Shown here: in pieces, positions 60,816 to 64,000 of the stretch
Layout: every line of letters begins with the position of its first letter
Numbering within the stretch: position 1 is the first letter of the stretch
Origin: a bacterium
GTDB lineage: Bacteria; Bacteroidota; Bacteroidia; NS11-12g; UBA955
Direction: 5' to 3'
Assembly (NCBI GenBank): GCA_029945665.1
Contig: JAQSCZ010000122.1
Span: 1,868 to 65,867, forward strand
DNA length: 64,000 bases
Position numbers and translations under genes: made by a program
The notes under the pieces: model-generated
Told to the model about the DNA's origin: nothing
What the model saw: the letters and a program-made list of their open reading frames with translations, nothing else
Databases searched by the model: none

Positions 60816-61643
60816 ATGAAGCTTATTCTTAATTTTTGTTTGTTTATTGTAGTCAGTGCCTGTGTACCAAACACCGAACAAAAAACAGCATTAGTTGCGA
60901 AGCAAGCAGTTCCCACTTTATTAAATGTTAAGATAGATTATACCCATCGGGTCATCCACATTTTTGTAGCTTTATGTGATAATCAATACCAAGGCATTGT
61001 GCCAGTTCCACCTAAGATTGGAAATGGTAGAGATTTAAATAATAACTTGTATTGGGGCTGTGGTTTTGGTATTAGAAGTTACTTTAAAAAAAGTAAGGAA
61101 TGGAAATTACTAAGACGTTATGCAATCGATTCCATCAAACTTGAAAGACTTGTTTTTAAGCACACAAGTAAGCACTACTATTTAGTTGCCGACGCATATA
61201 ATGGCAAATATATTGAGACTTGTACAAAGGATTTCTTAAACAGTGTTGCAGGTATTGAAAAAGACACACTACATATTGACAATAAAACCATTGGTATTAA
61301 AGGCTATTCAAAACTATCGGCCTATATAGGACATGATGGCTTAATGGATTTTAACTTGGTAGACAACTATCAAAATACTGATAAAAAACAAAGAGACTGC
61401 ATTATTTTAGCCTGTATTAGTAAAGGCTATTTTTCAAATTACATTAAAAATGCAAATGCAAATCCACTTGTTTGGACCACTGGATTGATGTGCCCTGAAG
61501 CATACACTATTCACGATGCTTTAACTGGATATGTACTAAATGAGAGTAGCGAAGCAATTAGAAATAGAGCCGCTCTTGCCTATTCTACACATCAAAAATG
61601 CAGTTTAAAAGCTGCTCGCCATTTATTGGTTACAGGCTTTTAG
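60816..61643 (+). CDS. Hypothetical lipoprotein
   Basis: Lipobox 'FIVVSACVPN'. Starts 13 nt after the monooxygenase-like gene. No recognised family. Confidence 0.4.
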   Translation: MKLILNFCLFIVVSACVPNTEQKTALVAKQAVPTLLNVKIDYTHRVIHIFVALCDNQYQGIVPVPPKIGNGRDLNNNLYWGCGFGIRSYFKKSKEWKLLRRYAIDSIKLERLVFKHTSKHYYLVADAYNGKYIETCTKDFLNSVAGIEKDTLHIDNKTIGIKGYSKLSAYIGHDGLMDFNLVDNYQNTDKKQRDCIILACISKGYFSNYIKNANANPLVWTTGLMCPEAYTIHDALTGYVLNESSEAIRNRAALAYSTHQKCSLKAARHLLVTGF

Positions 61644-61723
61644 AAATATGATTTAAAATATGCAAACAATCAACCTTAAAACCCACCTCTCTTCCCAAAC
61701 TTTTAGTTAGTTTTGAACCCTCA

Positions 61724-63019
61724 ATGAAATATTTTTTATTAATTACAATTGGTCTTTTTTATTTTATTCTGAATTCAAATGCGCAGGATACCAGCTATGC
61801 CCGTAAGGTTTTGAATGAATTGTGCAGTCCTAAATATGCTGGGCGAGGCTATGTGGAGCATGGAGACAAAAAAGCCGCTGCCTATATTCAGAATCAATTT
61901 AAATCGATTGGATTAAAGAAAGTGGAGGGCACTTACCAGCAAAAATTCACTTTTCCTGTGAATACTTTTCCAGGTAAGGTTATTGTAAAATACAATGGTC
62001 AATTGCTAGTAGCTGGTCGCGATTATATTATTAATGCTGGCTGCAAAAGCTATAGATATAAGGGTTCTATCAATTTTAGCAGTATTGACAATTTGAAAGA
62101 TAGTAGCTTTTACGACCGCATTGGATACAATCAGAAAATGGCAGTCATTGATACTTTTAATACTAAATACTTTGGCGAAGCGGTATTGACAAATAAAAAA
62201 TACTTGACTGATTTTAAAAAAGAGTTAATTGTCAAGTTGACCAATGATAAAATGACTTGGACCAGTGCTTACGAGCAGGACAACAAATGCATCATTACCC
62301 TAAAAAGCAATGTATTTGATAGAAATAAACCAGCGGAATTTGACATTGAAATTGAAAGTGAATTTTATGGTGGTTATTCAGAGCAAGGCCAATTATATGG
62401 CACCTATACCTCTCAAAATGTATTAGGAATGTTAGAAGGGACAGAAAACAGAGATAGTTTTATTGTTTTTACTGCTCACTATGACCACCTTGGAATGATG
62501 GGCTCAACAGCTATGTTTCCGGGAGCGAATGACAATGCAAGTGGCATCGCAATGCTATTAAATCTCGCTAAATACTTTAAGGCGCATCCACAAAAATACA
62601 ACTTACTGTTTATCGCATTCTCAGGTGAAGAAACAGGTTTAATTGGCTCACAATTCTATGTTAAACATCCTATCATTCCATTGGAAAAGATTCATTTTTT
62701 AATCAATATCGACCTAATGGGAAATGGGGCCGAGGGTGTTATGGCAGTAAATGGAGCGACTTTTAAAGAACAGTTTAATTTATTGACAAAAATTAACACC
62801 AAAAACAATTATTTACCAACAGTAAAAGCGCGCGGTAGAGCACAAAACAGCGACCATTTTTATTTCAGTGAAGCAGGTGTCCCTTGTTTCTTCTTTTACT
62901 TAATGGGTCCATATCCATATTACCATGATATAGATGACAAAGCATCGGCAGTACCTTTCACAAATTTTAGCAATGCCTTTTTATTGTTTCGCGATTTTAT
63001 AATTGGCTTACAACCATAA
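61724..63019 (+). CDS. M28 family zinc aminopeptidase, secreted
   Basis: 'HYDHLGMMG', 'GANDNASGIAMLLNLAKY', 'FIAFSGEETGLIGSQ'. Signal peptide. Confidence 0.85.
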   Translation: MKYFLLITIGLFYFILNSNAQDTSYARKVLNELCSPKYAGRGYVEHGDKKAAAYIQNQFKSIGLKKVEGTYQQKFTFPVNTFPGKVIVKYNGQLLVAGRDYIINAGCKSYRYKGSINFSSIDNLKDSSFYDRIGYNQKMAVIDTFNTKYFGEAVLTNKKYLTDFKKELIVKLTNDKMTWTSAYEQDNKCIITLKSNVFDRNKPAEFDIEIESEFYGGYSEQGQLYGTYTSQNVLGMLEGTENRDSFIVFTAHYDHLGMMGSTAMFPGANDNASGIAMLLNLAKYFKAHPQKYNLLFIAFSGEETGLIGSQFYVKHPIIPLEKIHFLINIDLMGNGAEGVMAVNGATFKEQFNLLTKINTKNNYLPTVKARGRAQNSDHFYFSEAGVPCFFFYLMGPYPYYHDIDDKASAVPFTNFSNAFLLFRDFIIGLQP

Positions 63020-63022
63020 TTA

Positions 63023-64000
63023 TTAGTGTTGCACTTCTAATTTTATATTAGCCTCTGCCCCATTTGAAATTATTTTCACCATATAAATACCATTGGCCAA
63101 ATTCCCAATAAATAAAGGCTGATTTTCTCCTTGATATTGCAAAACAACTCTACCTGAAAGATCTGTTATCTTCAATTCAATTGGTGTATTAAAAGCACTT
63201 ATAACATGCACATATTCCGCACTTGGATTTGGATAAATTTTAAATACTTCAGACTGCTGAATGGCTGAGAGATTTGTAAAATCCTTGGTAACAATTACTG
63301 TATCGTTGCTATTGCAAGCCCCATTGACAATGAGCCTTACAGTCTTGTTATTAGCATTAACATATTGATGAACAGGATTTTTAAGTGTGCTGCTATCACC
63401 ATCACCAAAATACCATTTGTAAGTCATATTACTACCTGTTGAAGTATTGTTAAATCCAACGATATTGCTGCCAATATAACCATAGGTAAAGTTCGCCTTA
63501 ACAAAAGTATCAGCTGAAACCGTTGCAGTATTTGAAATGGTATAAGTTTGTGCTTGTCCACCTGTTACTGTAATTGCCAATGTGGCCCCTTTAACCCCTG
63601 ATGAATTATAGCTTACTTTATGAGGCCCAGCAGTGTTAGCAGTGGCAGGCGTTCCACCTGTAAAAGTCCATTGTCTAGTCGCAACATTTACATCACTTGA
63701 ATCGGTGTAGGTAACAGTTTGACCAATACAAACTTGTTTTGGATTGTTGTAAAAATTAAGATAGGCGAATTTGATACTTTTAATAGTGTCCTCGGTGTTA
63801 CAAGTATTGGTTGAAATTAATCTGACATTATAAGTCCCGCCCGCCGCATAATTATGTAAAGGACTTGCAATCAATGCTGAATCTAAATCACCAAAGTACC
63901 ATTTGTCGGATGTAGAATTATTGGATGTATTCGTAAAAGTTACTTTGCCCTTTTCGGCTGCAACCCAAGTAAAATTAGGTTTCATTTTTGAATCAGATTT
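63023..64000 (-). CDS. PKD-domain protein with T9SS type-A CTD, 5'-truncated by window end
   Basis: PKD 'WYFGDGDSSTLKNPVHQY'. CTD 'FKIYPNPSAEYVHV...ITDLSGRVV...NGIYMVKII'. On the minus strand the frame stays open through 64000 (KSDSK before the first in-window Met), so the true start lies outside the window. Confidence 0.7.
   Translation of the reverse strand, partial: KSDSKMKPNFTWVAAEKGKVTFTNTSNNSTSDKWYFGDLDSALIASPLHNYAAGGTYNVRLISTNTCNTEDTIKSIKFAYLNFYNNPKQVCIGQTVTYTDSSDVNVATRQWTFTGGTPATANTAGPHKVSYNSSGVKGATLAITVTGGQAQTYTISNTATVSADTFVKANFTYGYIGSNIVGFNNTSTGSNMTYKWYFGDGDSSTLKNPVHQYVNANNKTVRLIVNGACNSNDTVIVTKDFTNLSAIQQSEVFKIYPNPSAEYVHVISAFNTPIELKITDLSGRVVLQYQGENQPLFIGNLANGIYMVKIISNGAEANIKLEVQH

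Noticed and set aside
1-64000. CRISPR arrays, tRNA/rRNA genes, and transposase, integrase or phage genes.
   Set aside because: I found no evenly spaced direct repeats. No intergenic segment has tRNA-like GC-rich cloverleaf potential. No ORF has DDE, tyrosine-recombinase or phage structural motifs.

Overview
This is a low-GC, Bacteroidetes-type chromosomal window, Flavobacteriia- or Sphingobacteriia-like. The assignment rests on gliding-motility/T9SS C-terminal sorting domains, lipoprotein-rich content and promoters of the TTTG/TAnnTTTG type. It contains about 60 protein-coding genes. I found no rRNA, tRNA, CRISPR array, transposase or integrase. The window reads as three blocks. (1) Housekeeping genes: dcd, nadK, ctp, oxyR, mazG, gcvT, msrA, glnN (GS type III), a fused E1 alpha/beta dehydrogenase, trmB, cyclophilin, nrnA. 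(2) An exopolysaccharide locus: a convergent plus-strand set (LuxE-like acyl-protein synthetase, CPBP protease, GT1, polytopic membrane protein) facing a long minus-strand array (nrnA, two FKBP isomerases, rmlB, rmlA, wza, wzc, cpsB). (3) Accessory, cell-surface content with at least five predicted T9SS cargo proteins: a beta-helix protein, a 1186-aa CUB+PKD type-B-CTD adhesin, a BNR-repeat type-A-CTD protein, a cytochrome-c/copper-monooxygenase-like type-A-CTD protein, and a PKD type-A-CTD protein. The most unusual region is 27.6-35.9 kb. It is a tightly packed plus-strand cluster in which small lipoproteins carry repeated DUF1549/PSCyt2-like 'GREPT' motifs. These are followed by a Tat-secreted DUF1501 protein, then a PSCyt1-like lipoprotein whose heme motif is CX4CH instead of CXXCH. 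Next come a 'DGDGDIG' lipoprotein (with a paralog at 13.6 kb), the giant T9SS adhesin and a CXXCH heme-binding-domain protein. Two neighbouring genes are each broken by a single in-frame stop: rnhB by a clean 9-nt TAA-containing insertion, and a GldJ/GldK-like FGE-sulfatase family gene by a TAG. A perfect 16-bp inverted repeat sits on the oxyR start codon. A strong bidirectional hairpin terminator follows glnN.
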